Below are positions 12,711-24,920 of a stretch of 64,000 bases of DNA, in pieces. Under the pieces are notes generated by a model that saw only the letters and a program-made list of their open reading frames with translations, was not told the DNA's origin and ran no database searches. Within the stretch, counting starts at the first letter, position 1, and each line of letters opens with the position of its first letter. A program made the position numbers and the translations under genes. This stretch comes from Octopus sinensis (Eukaryota). The stretch is taken from NCBI RefSeq assembly GCF_006345805.1, contig NC_043005.1, positions 52,886,001 through 52,950,000 on the forward strand, written 5' to 3'.

Positions 12711-13585
12711 TGGCAGAGGTTATTTTCATTTCTTCTTGGATTTTGTTACCAAACACTGAACCTTTTGTCCATCATGTATGCTGAGAGAAATAGGTTTACT
12801 TGGTTTAAGTTCCTTGCTAACTTCAAAAGTTACAACCAGATTTTGAGTGATGGATTGGTAGAATCAAATATAAGTACCATACATAGTTTCTTTTGACTCT
12901 GCACTCTCAGTTAAAATCCAGCTGTGGTCAGCTTTGCTGGTCATCTTTTTCAGTCATTAATTGATGTGTGTGTGTGTGTGTAACTTAAAGTTAGCATATA
13001 TTGATTCAAGTAGTATTCATAAAAAAAAAATCTCCTTAATGTATCATTGTATAAAACATTTTAACCCCAGGTTCCTACAGAACAGCCATGTTGAAGTGGT
13101 GATAAATAAGTAATTTACTTATGTCCACAAAAATAGCCAGTGAGATCCATGAAGGTAGAGTATGCAGATCCAGTGGTAATCCGAGTAGAGTGCTGGTATG
13201 TGGATGAGGAGAGGTGCTGAAAGGTCTGGAAGTGCTTAAGATATGCAAGTCCAAGAGAGTGGGAAGCTCAGTCGGGATCAAACTGGGGTAACCACGTGTG
13301 TGTATGATATATATTGTTCATATTTATAGAAAAGATGACCGGTGTGGGAACAACATGGCGAATTCGCCGTGTTAAACCACTGAACTCAACACATTTTTTC
13401 TCATTTTCTCTGTTTATTTCCTCATATTCCTGTCTGTTGAAGAGTGTAGGCTCAAAACTTAAGACTTTTCCATTTTTCAGAAGCGTCAAACTAAAACACT
13501 TGCTTGTTGTTCCTTCACCCATCTTTGTCTCTTTGTTTTTCTATAAATGTGAACTAATTTACTGATATATATATATATATATATA

Positions 13586-14868
13586 CGAGGGACGTTCAAT
13601 AAGTAATGCCTCTGACCCACTTGCAATTGTTTGATCTAGCTGAAATTTTGCATGTGCTATTAGTTACATCTCTATAGATTAAGTGGCGAATTACAGCTCT
13701 GAACTAATTGTGGTTTCTGATTTACAGGTGTTTGAACTGAGACAAGTGTGAAATGGAGCCTGTTGAGTGTCGAGCAGTGATCCGGTTTTTGTATTTAAAA
13801 GGACGCACACCACAGGAGACTTTTGATGTAATGAAAGTAACTTATGGGGATGATGCCCCACCATATGACCTTGTGAAACGCTGGCATCATGAATTCAAAC
13901 ATGGTCGGAACTCTGTGGAAACAGCTCCCAGATCTAGTCGTCCCCCTTCTGCCATTAATGAGGCATCTGTCCATCAAGTTGAGGCTGCCATTTTGGAAGA
14001 TCGACGCATAACTATTCGCCAAATAGCCCATGAGCTCAAGACTAGTACCAGGTATGTGGAAACTATCATTCATGACCATTTGCATATGCAAGAGGTGTCT
14101 GCCAGATGGATTCCCAGGTTGCTCACACCTTTCCAGAAGCAAGAACATGTCGAGTGCTCGAGGATAAATTTGGAGATGTGCCAAGAAGATGAGTCAAACT
14201 TTTTCAGAAAACTGATTACACAGGATGAAACCTAGGTCCATCACTATGATCCAGAGACCAAAGCCCAGTCGATGCAGTGGAAGCACCGTGTCTCACCTCC
14301 TCCAAAGAAGGCAAGGGTGCAGCCCCCCGCTGGCAAGGTCATGCTCACAGTCTTCTGGGACCAGGACGGAGTAGTGATGACAGATTTCCTGGCAAAGGGT
14401 ACCACAATTACAGGAGCCTATTATGCTTCACTTTTGAGGAAATTAAGAGAAGCTGTCAAAATCAAGAGGTGGTGCAAGATCAGCAAAGACATCCTCCTCC
14501 TGCAGGACCACGCTCCGGTCCACAACTCACGTGTCACCAGATCAGAAGCACAGGTGTGCAGCTATGAACTCCTCCCCCATCTCCTGACCTTGCACCCTCT
14601 GATTTTCATCTCTTCCCAGCCATGCAGTTGTTTTTGAAAGGAAAGCGTTTCCCAGATGATGCAGCCTTGATTTCTGAAGTCGCGTCGTGGTTGGAGGACC
14701 AAGCTGATGTCTTCTACAAAAACGGTCTCCAGAGCTGCATCAAACGATGGGAGAAATGCGTAACTCTGTGTGGTTCCTATGTAGAAAAAGGCTAATAACT
14801 GTGCCAAGTTTCGTTGCTCTACTGCTATGGGAAGTGGGTCAGGGGCATTACTTATTGAACGCCCCTCG
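13586..14868 (+). mobile_element. full-length mariner (DD34D) element, 1283 bp
   Basis: TA-flanked ~37-bp TIRs CGAGGG(A/G)CGTTCAATAAGTAATGCC(T/C)CTGACCCACTT with 2 mismatches. Inserted in a TA run. Confidence 0.97.
13753..14795 (+). pseudogene. mariner transposase with one nonsense and one frameshift lesion
   Basis: MEPVECRAVIRFL...ARWIPRLLT...QDET*VHHYDPETK (TGG>TAG at 14233). Then LLQDHAPVH...LLPH^SPDLAPSDF, where a ~10-bp deletion at 14580 removes PPY. Ends CGSYVEKG*. Restored D-D spacing is 34. Confidence 0.95.
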
Positions 14869-14893
14869 TATATATACAAGATAAGAATACAAG

Positions 14894-14985
<92 letters not shown>

Positions 14986-15000
14986 GTATATATATATATA

Positions 15001-15552
15001 CAGGGTCAGGCAAAATGATCTGACACATTTGTAGGTTAAATAAAAGGCAAATGAAGTAAAGAAACAAAAAAGCGTTTTTATTTTTGAAAAGTTCATATAA
15101 TGCCATTTTGTTTCATTATGTTTTAAAAATTAAATCAGTCAAATGGGATACATTATTGTCCACACACTGTCGAAGGCATTCACGAAAGTTGTCAATAACT
15201 CAGCGGGTCATTTCATATGGAATGGCAGTAATTTCTTGATGAATTGCATCTTTAAGTTCTGGCGGTGCGAGGTCAGCCGGTTGATTTTCGTTTCAATGCA
15301 GATCCAGTAGCTCTGAAGTTGGTAACCCATTACAAGATCGTGTTTCGAGCTGGTACGGGATCATGTCTACCAAGATTGAAGTGCAAACGGAACACTCTTT
15401 GTGTTGCAGTTACAGAATCGTTTGTTTTGATAAACGTTTCCACAATGAAAGCGCGATGCTTACCAGTCCAATTCATGGCAGCAACTGAAAAAGAAACGAA
15501 AAACAATGCCTTTTATTTAACCTACAAATGTGTCAGATCATTTTGCCTGACC

Positions 15553-15555
<3 letters not shown>
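15001..15555 (-). mobile_element. 555-bp non-autonomous Tc1/mariner derivative (DUF4817/DD41D-like)
   Basis: Perfect 49-bp TIR CAGGGTCAGGCAAAATGATCTGACACATTTGTAGGTTAAATAAAAGGCA with TA flanks. Minus strand reads MNWTGKHRAFIVETFIKTNDSVTATQRVFRLHFNLGRHDPVPARNTIL*WVTNFRATGSALKRKSTG joined to LKDAIHQEITAIP...HLTDLIFKT*. Confidence 0.93.

Positions 15556-15640
<85 letters not shown>
15556..15640. repeat. (TA)n microsatellite
   Basis: ~85-bp TA run. Confidence 0.98.
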
Positions 15641-15645
<5 letters not shown>

Positions 15646-15649
15646 CACG

Positions 15650-15905
15650 ATTTGAATGTTGGGCCTCATGAATGCAATGACAGGTGAATAAGATCTTTGG
15701 CAGTATACCGTGCTATGTAGACCTGTCAAGCCAAGTGAGACCGTAGTCATGGCCAATGCTGATGTCAAGTCATTGGCACCCATGCTGGTGGCATGTAAAA
15801 AAACACCCACTACACCCTTGGAGTGGTTGGCATTAGGAAGGGCATCCAGCCATGGAAACCATACCAAATCAAATTGGAACCTGGTGCAGCTCTCCAGCTT
15901 ACCAG
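15650..15905 (+). mobile_element. family D retroposon fragment
   Basis: GAGTGGTTGGCATTAGGAAGGGCATCCAGCC...CCTGGTGCAGC matches the other family D copies. Confidence 0.75.
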
Positions 15906-16924
15906 AGGATTACTTTGTATGTTTCTTAGAATACATATTTATTATTCTTTTACAAGCGTAGTTTTGATAGTGACGTCGAAGTTTACGATGAAGACAAAGC
16001 CAGCTGACACTTCGAACTCACTATCTCACTGTCAGTACTATTCTTGTAAAAGAATTACATATATTCATGTTGTACCTTTTCGTTTTCATACAGTTGGCAT
16101 TGAAAGCTGTGTTACTTTCAGTAATAGGCTTGGCAAGATCTTTTTTTTTATGGGCTGATGTGAAAAAATATTATCTTGGTCGGTTTTGAAAAAAAATAAA
16201 ATAAATAAAATGTTCACGTACACACATACATGAACACACATGAAGAGACTATTGATTGTGATTAGGAAGTTTTAATTACAACTTGTGAATATATATAATT
16301 TGTAAGGCCTCATTGGTATTTATTGTCAGTGGTTGAATTTAATATTAATGGAGGAGAGTATGTTAAAATTCATGAAAAATACAAAAGTGAAATTAGAAAA
16401 TTTGGAGGTTAAAAATCAAAGACAACTTTAATGTCTTCGTTTTTGTAAGACAGAACATGGAGTTGGGCGGGAGAGGGCACACGCTTTTTCTTTCACATTC
16501 TTATCTTTCATTTTATTTTTTCTTCTCCCCTTCCTCCACGTTCGTATGTATATAAATAGTACTAGACAGACCTACATATCGACTAATTTGAAGTATCTTA
16601 TATGACATCTTCATTTATCTAGATGGACTTGATTAGCTTTTCTTGAAAACCACTTGAAATTTTTCAAGTTTTCACTTTAATTTTTACCTTATTTTAATTT
16701 TATTATTATTATTATCATTATTATTATTAAATGCTTCTGCATTGTATGTATGAAAGAATGATAAGATTCTCTTGATGATAGCAATTTAATATCTAGAATG
16801 TAATAAATGTGGTTGTAATGGTTCTATTTCGTTCCACCACACCTACACCTGGAGTTCAAATCTTACTAAGATGACCTAATAGTAATTATCAGCATCATAT
16901 TCTTGTTGTTGTTTAAAGCACACA

Positions 16925-17180
16925 AGGCAGTGTCACATAAAAGTGCCTGTGTGGCGTCACGTACAAGTGCCCATGCAGGGTCACATAAAAGCACCTGTGT
17001 GGTGCCACTTAAAGGCATTCAGAGCACTCTATAAAATGGTTGGCATTATGAAGGGCATACAGCCATAAAAACCTTGCCAAATCAGACTGGAGTCTGGTGC
17101 AGCCCCCTGCCTTGCTTGCCAGCTCTGGTCACATTGTCCACCCATGCCATCATGGACAATATGTTAAATGATTATGATGA
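16925..17180 (+). mobile_element. family D retroposon with internal 24-bp tandem repeats
   Basis: Four 24-bp units at 16932, 16956, 16980 and 17004, then the GGTTGGCATTATGAAGGGCAT core and an ATGATGAT tail. Confidence 0.8.
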
Positions 17181-17339
17181 TATTCCTGGTCAGTTTAGAA
17201 TGGTAGATTGGTGCTATTAACATGGTAATTAATGGATAAAAGGCTTTGCCATATTCAGTCATATACTTTTTATGTTCTGAGTTCAAATCCACTGAAATTC
17301 ACTTTGCTATTCATTCTTCTACCAAGGTTAGTGGTCTCA

Positions 17340-17530
17340 GTGATGTCTCCTGATGCATAGAGCTAACTAGGTCAACCAGTGCGTGTTCTCCATTGCTGAT
17401 GACCCCATGCCAGCCCCTCTGCATCCTCCAAGGTGACTTCAAACCTCATCAGATTTTCATCAATCATGTCCAGCTATCTGGCACAGGGTCTACCAAAAGG
17501 CTTTTTCCAGTCCACAGCTGCTGCATTGGA
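17340..17530 (-). pseudogene. RTE-clade LINE C-terminal relic
   Basis: Minus strand KKPFGRPCAR*LDMIDENLMRFEVTLEDAEGLAWGHQQWR resembles the RTE C-terminal motif RGRPRxRWxDxIxxD...A.DRxxWR. Confidence 0.6.
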
Positions 17531-18534
17531 TGAGATCATATCATCAATTCCAGACAAAAAGTGAAAGTAAAATTGACCCTTGGTACACAGGTGCTGGTGT
17601 GGCTGCTTAGTTAAGAAGCTTGCTTCCCAAACACTTGGTTTGGGGTTCAGTCCCACAGCGCAGCACCTTGGGCAAGTGTCTTCTACTATAGCACATGGTC
17701 AATCAAGGTGTTGTGAGTGGATAAGGTAAATGGTAACTGAAAGAAGCTCATTGTGTATGTGCTTTTTCTGTACCCTTATCTAAATATTCTGTGATGGTTG
17801 CAAATGAGCAACATCATACAAAGGATGTTCACTTTCAGTCTGCTGTGAAAAACATGTCTAGCTATGGGAGAATATAGCGGTGAGGTTGGTGACAGGAAAG
17901 GCATTTGTCCATAGAGAATCTACCCCAACAAATTTCATTTGACTCATGCAAGTATATGATTATGATAGGTAGCCAAAAGACAATATTTAGATTTTATTTA
18001 ATTGTTTTTATGTATATGTTTTATTTTGGAATTATATGTATCATGTATTTTATTTCATTTATTTATCATGCCTCCTAGAATTAGATTTATTTCCATTAAA
18101 CCTTTTTAAGTTATATCCTCCATTTGTAGTTTAAATGTTTCCTTAATGTTTGTCTGAGCTGAATTGAAGCTTCAGCCCAGTATAATATTTAAATCATTTT
18201 AGATATGAATTTTATTAGAATGTGGGCACTACTTCAAAGGGTTTTAATTGAACAAATCGACATGTGGTTATGCTGGGCACTGCTTCAAAGAGTTTTAGTT
18301 CAAGAATTCGACCCCCAGTACATATGGTACTTATTCTAAGCTACGAGATAATGTATGATTAATTCAAAACAATTTAAATAAGCATTACATTTGACAGTCA
18401 ACTTGATGCTCAAGGGCTAATGAGGTTCTGCACCACTTTCTGAAATTCCATTCAGAAGTATTAATTCAGCATGAAGCTATGGTTGAAGAAACTGCTCCAA
18501 AGTCTTTGTCTTGTGATCAAAACCAGAACCACAT

Positions 18535-18689
18535 AGGTGTAGCTGTGTGGTAAGAAGCTTGTTTCACAGCTACATGGTTCCAGGTTCTGTCCTACTGTGT
18601 GTCACCTTGGGCAAGTATCTTCCACTATAGCCTTGGGCCGACCAAGACCTTGTGAGGGGATTCGGTAGACAGAAACTGAAACATATAAC

Positions 18690-18725
<36 letters not shown>

Positions 18726-18862
18726 GTCTGCATCTGTGTTTGCCGTCCTTCCTCTCCATCACCACTTGACAACCAGTGTTGGTGTGTTTGACTAAAGCCC
18801 TTCATGGCACTGCTCCAGCATGGCTGTAGTCAATTGACTTAAACAAGTAAAAGAGTAAAAAA
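18535..18862 (+). mobile_element. family A SINE
   Basis: Head GGTGTAGCTGTGTGGTAAGAAGC, core CACCTTGGGCAAG and tail AAACAAGTAAAAGAGT. Confidence 0.85.
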
Positions 18863-19839
18863 AAGCAAACTTCTTAACCACACAGTTTGAATTTCCATAG
18901 ACGAAGAATTGATGATGGTCAGTCAATCTGTCTTTATTTCTAGTACTTAGAAAGATGGATCCTAATGATCCTTTCCGAGTGATATAGATTCAGAGGGCTG
19001 GTTTCCATGGTGCATATATGCACCCCCCATCCCACTGGATGGGATGTTGGTCTGCCATTCGGATTTCTCACTTTTGCCAGCTGAGTGGGCTGGAATTATG
19101 TGAGATGAAGTGTTCTGCTCAAAAGCACAACACACTGCCAGGTACAGGAATCAAAACTTCAGTCTTGCAATCATGAGTCCAATACCCTAACTGCTAAACT
19201 ATGCACCTCTGTGATTGATTCTAATGCTAAGGAGGTTAATGACAGCTGTGATCAATTGGGCTACAACGGTGGATGTATGAGCAAAGTGTATGCTAAAAAA
19301 TCCTTCAGCAGTAAGGATACATTCATTTGGTTCTTAGGCTTTCTAATCAACAATTCAGGTTTCAAGTGTGTTCACAGTTCAGAGGCCACCACCCACTCAG
19401 ATAAAACCACAATCCAGTTCCTACTGAAAACACAATGCTGATAAATAATATGTCAGTAGTCCAGAGATTTAATCCTCAGATTATGGCTGAAAAACAACTA
19501 ATCCTTCCAGTTACTGGTTTCACTTGCAGAAGTATGTGTGTCACTTATCTAGCTGTGGTAGTAGTAATAATTCAGTCCTTAGTTCAAATCTTATAGTGTA
19601 ATCAACCAGTCACCCCACATTTTAACCTCATGGCCATTTTCACTGAATATATTATCATCATCATCTGATGTCTCTCTTCCATACTGATATGTGTGTGTTT
19701 ATGCATATGTAATATTGTGGGTATCTTCCTTTCTCTCTCTCTCTATGTATGTATATACTGGTATATGTGTATCTATTTCTCTCTATATATTAGCATGGAA
19801 AGCGGACGTTAAATGATGATGATGATAAACTGATGTGTG

Positions 19840-20170
<331 letters not shown>

Positions 20171-20534
20171 ATATATACGCTTAAATATTGTGGGCAGATT
20201 TATTACTTTTATATATGATAAAGAAACCATTTACCATCCCCCATCATCATCATCACCATGTCTGATCATTGTCATTATTGTTAATAAAAGAAATCCTTAT
20301 TACTTTCATATGGAGGTGGCACAATAAATTTTGTGTTGCACAGTAGTAAATTGTTGCTACATTATAGTTCGAAATATTTCAAATATTAATGCTGTTTTCA
20401 AGTACCTGCTTGGTGTTTCTCCTTTATCCTAGCACATTCTCTAAGTAAAAGCAATCACACATCTAAATATATTAAATTTTCTTTTTTTTTTTTTTGTTTG
20501 TTTTATTTATTTTACTTAAGTTTCAATTTTGGAT

Positions 20535-20861
20535 AAATATATATATATATATATGTATATATGTAAATGTGTGTGTATATATATGTATATATGTAAATGT
20601 GTGTGTGTATATATATATGTATATGCGTATATATATGTATATATGTAAATGTGTGTATATATATGTATGTAAATGTGTGTGTGTGTATATATGTAAATGT
20701 GTGTGTATATATATATATATAAATGTGTGTATATATGTATAAATGTGTGTATATATATGTATGTATGTAAATGTGTGTGTATATATATATATAAATGTGT
20801 GTATATATGTATAAATGTGTGTATATATATGTATGTATGTAAATGTGTGTGTGTGTGTAAC

Positions 20862-20937
<76 letters not shown>

Positions 20938-20970
20938 AATGTGTGTGTATATATATGCATATATACACAG
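20535..20970. repeat. compound ATATATGTAAATGTGTGT array
   Basis: Recurrent TAAATGTGTGT cores within TA/TG runs. Confidence 0.95.
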
Positions 20971-22870
20971 ACACAGAATTGCACTTGTTTCCAGCAACAA
21001 CCCTCTCCAACATGAGTAATAAGTAAATAATAATAATAATAATAATTTTTAAATGATGATGATGATTAATAATAATACTACTACTACTACTAATAAAATC
21101 AGTAAATGCCTATAGAAATAAAACTACCCATAAATAGCTGAATAATTTATGTATAGCTGTAGTTACATTGTAAACTGGAAATAGGAAGCAACATTTTCAT
21201 CCCTTCCATTAGATTACATTAACCGCATTAATATACTTAGATTCTGTTGAGATTTTACTTTCTCTTTTTATTTTAACCTTATTTTATATTTCATGGTATA
21301 AGTTTTAGCTTAGAATTTGCAATGAGTTGTTAAGAATTGATAATTAGATGATACCAGCCATGCCTTAGTGATTTATTAATATTTTCCAGCTTATTGCTGC
21401 CACTCTGGTATTATTCCTCGAGACCGATTTCTGCTTCTTCCCGTGTTAGTGTTGGTGTTGGTGTTAGCGGTGACAGTGTGCGCGAATTAGGCAAAAAGTA
21501 ATCAGGATAGAATCATGATAATTCACTCGCTCAAGTTTAGTATTTAGGAAGGTCACATGCAGTCAGTTCATATGAAAGAATGGAAAAAGAAAAAGAAAAA
21601 AGAAAAAAATTGTAGGTGTTCTATTGAGAAATGTAAGGGGTTGGTGGTTGAAGTAGGTTGGTAATCAACACATTTTGTGTGTTAATTTCTAATGGGACTG
21701 CTTGGTTACTTCAAAATACTTTGGCATGTTCCACTAATCTGTCTGGCTTACAGAGGTGAATCTTCCGTGTCTGCTAAATGAAGACTCTCATTTGATTCCC
21801 AGAGGAGTTCTTGTTACTTTCGCTTATGTTGCTGACCAAATTATTTATGGCTTTTTAACTCTACCATCACCAGGCACTGTTGAAGCAGAATGTAGTTCTA
21901 GTTATGGTGTTGAAATAGCAACTCGAGAATCTTTTAATTCTAATTTACTGCAGATATTTCTTCGTAATTTGGACTGTGGACTTCATTCTAAACATTCCTA
22001 GTTAGTTGACCGTTGATATCAGAGCATCTGGACATATTAGTGAAGATGACCAAAAACAAAAGATTTGTGTGTTGATAGGTTAACACCATGAAATTAGTGC
22101 TAAAATAAGTATTACTTTTTCCTTAGCCACTTGGAGCTTAGAAGATGATTGTTTTTACTTACATACATTCATGTTTGACTGTTACACTGCTTGTTGATTT
22201 TGCATTTACTGTTTTAGTGTCCTTGGCCCAGCACCATTTGCAGGCGTTGTAAGTTCACATAAGGATAGCAAATGTCAATACTGCATTAAGGGTTGGGGCC
22301 TTGGATGTCTAAACAAGTTATCATTAAGTAAAATATTTGAACCATGTTCAGTGCTAAACAAATCACATTCTCAGAAAAAATTTTTGTTGGTAGTGGAATA
22401 TGATCCTGAGCTATCAGTAAGCAGAAAAGTGACAGATGATGCACCAAGGCCCAGTATAATTTAGTTACCTAAGCTCTTGTCTTCTTTTATAATTGCCATT
22501 AAAAAAATTATCACAGGGACACTAGTTCATGCAAATATCTCAAAAGTAGCCAATGCTGGACTGCAATTAAACATTGCATGAAAAACAAGCTTCTGTTTGA
22601 TTATGATAATCTTTTTTTTTTTTTTTTTTTTTTTTTCATGCAGAAATTGAGTAGTGGAGAATGGGGTGTTTGTAATATGTCTGTCTGTCTGTCTACCTAG
22701 CAAGTGAGAAGGGCGCACAAGCATGTTGTGTAGTTAAGAAGTTGGTTTCGCAACCACATGGCTGCAGGTTCAGTTCCAGAGTGCCCTGCTCCTGTCAAAC
22801 TGTCCAACCTGTGCCAGCATGGAAAATGGATGTTAAAAAATGATGATGATATGAACATAACATAGTTGTA

Positions 22871-23095
22871 AGGCAGGGAGCTGGCAGAAACATTACCAAA
22901 ATGCTAGGCAGTATTTCGTCTGTCTTTATGTTCTGAGTTCAAATTCCACCGAGGTCGACTTGGCTTTTCATCCTTTGGGGGCTGATAAATTAAGTACCAG
23001 TTGCACACTGGTGTCAATCTAATTGACTGGCCTCCTTCCCAAAAGTTTTGGGCCTTGTGCTTAGAGTAGTAAAGTATATGAATATAGTTGTATTA
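22871..23095 (+). mobile_element. tRNA-derived SINE ('family C')
   Basis: AAGGCAGGGAGCTGGCAGAAAC head, GTTCTGAGTTCAAATTCC B box, GAGGTCGACTT...GATAAATTAAGTACCAG body. Confidence 0.9.
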
Positions 23096-23147
23096 TATGT
23101 ATTTATTAAGAAGAGGAATAATTTCTTGATATATATATATATATATA

Positions 23148-23410
23148 GCAATTAAGGACAACTACTTAATAAGGAAAACTTAACAAGAAATTGTCAGGTA
23201 GATAGCGTGAAAACCTCATAAGAGAAAAAATTTCGAAAATAATTATTTCTTATTGAACATATTAATTTATATATAGAGGGCATTATACATACATGCCACA
23301 CGCTAAGAGGGACAATTAGTAATTTCTAATTGGTAGAAATGACTAATTGTCCCTCTTAGCGTGTGGCATGTATGTATAATGCCCTCTGGCATGTATGTAT
23401 AATGCCCTCT
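23148..23410. repeat. (TA)n-flanked unclassified element carrying a long foldback inverted repeat
   Basis: TA runs on both sides. Arms at 23266-23328 and 23334-23419, a 5-nt loop, and a 23-bp tandem duplication in the right arm. Confidence 0.8.
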
Positions 23411-24056
23411 ATATATAAATATATATATATATATATATGTAGAAGCAAACAGATAACTTTGTTTATCTGCATTGTTTTAAATGCATTAAGAATTTTATCA
23501 TAAACCTTACCTTGTTCTAAATCCCCATTTATTTCATTGAATACCTCTGCCATATGCTCTTTTAGAATCCAATTCTATTTACTTATTTATTTTACTGACT
23601 TTACATTTCTTTTACTGCGTCAGCATGGCTGTGATGGTGGTGTAAATTTGGTCTTTCTGTCTTTATTTGATATTCAAAATACACGTAAAAATATTTATGT
23701 TCCTAATGCTGACAATATCAGAATCTCTGATTTGAAAAGTTGTGCATGCAATAACCACTAAACTGCAGCTGCCATGCTCTGCTGAGGTGAGTGGCATTCG
23801 TTGTTTAGCCCTGGGTCAGTCCTGATCTGACAGACCTATGTTCGAAGGTGCTCCATCTTTGAGCATTACTAGGGTGCATTAGCAAGGTAGTACAGCATTA
23901 AATCATAATTCGACATGCATTAGTCATCTCTTCTCTCACTTCTCTCCCTCTCGATCAATCAGCACCTTTGAATATTCGTCTGCGCAATTTTTTTTCCCCT
24001 CTTTGTGTGACTACAAGTTCTTTCCTGAACACTACATCTGCATAATTTAACTTTAA

Positions 24057-24255
24057 CCCTTTGGCATTTAAACTGGCCATGTCCTATCTAAATATTCCGC
24101 ATGGTTTATGTTCAAACTGGCCAAATTTTGCTTCTCAAATCTACCCTTAAATGTCATTTTAAACAAAAAAATCACATCACTGCAATCTCAGGACTACAAG
24201 ATAATACAGGATAAATTGAAAACAATGTAAATAAACAATCTGAATGCCAAAGGGG
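24057..24255 (-). mobile_element. piggyBac-like MITE (8620 family), reverse
   Basis: TTAA|CCCTTTGGCATTTAAAC...TCTGAATGCCAAAGGGG. Confidence 0.8.
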
Positions 24256-24405
24256 TAATATTTCCTTTCATACACTATGAGATAGAATAACATAACTCTA
24301 AACCTGTGCAGTACTGTCTCTAGTTAGCACTTCTCTAGTAAAATCTGTTTATAATAATAGTAATTTTAAATTATTTTGTTTCATATGTCACAATATCTGT
24401 TTTAA

Positions 24406-24920
24406 CCCTTTAATCTTTCATACTACTCAGTCAAATGTAAAAAAAAAAAAAAGGTAACTACCCCCTTCAGTCATGAATGACCATGGGATTGCACCTTGAA
24501 AGTTCCCCTCTGAGACACAAGTCCAGGCAAGATTGTTTCTGGAAGGAAGGTCAGCAGTCACCCATGCATACCAGTCTCCCCTCTTCCGCACCACCGACAT
24601 TATCTAAAAGAAAGGCAAAGGCCAATACAGCTTAGTACAAGTGATGTCACAATTCATTTCTACAGCTGAGTGAACTGGAGCTACATGAAATAAAGAGTCT
24701 TGCTCAAGAACACAGCTCACAGTCTGGTCCAGAGTCAAATTCCCTACCTCGTGATTGTGAGCCTGGCGCTCTAACCACTTAGCCATGCACCTTCACTGTA
24801 ATATTTATTCACATTTTTTAGAATAACATTGTAGGGTAGGTGTGAAAGGCTGGATCTAGTCAGATTGAACATAAAACTGGTTGAATATTTTGTGTCAGAT
24901 TTGGGCTGGTTTTAAATACT
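24406..24920 (+). mobile_element. piggyBac-like MITE (8620 family) split by a SINE insertion
   Basis: The 5' part ends at GTCAAATGTAA (24440). The element resumes at TGTAATATTTATTCAC (24797) and runs to TTTAAATACT. Confidence 0.8.
24441..24796 (-). mobile_element. tRNA-headed SINE with a T-rich tail and 5-bp TSD
   Basis: Minus-strand head GTGAAGGTGCATGGCTAAGTGGTTAGAGCGCC. TGTAA is duplicated at 24436-24440 and 24797-24801. Confidence 0.85.

Noticed and set aside
13728-13755. In-frame host-transposase (SETMAR-like) fusion through the acceptor at 13727
   Set aside because: TGA at 13738-13740 is in frame with the transposase ATG, and the other two frames also stop.
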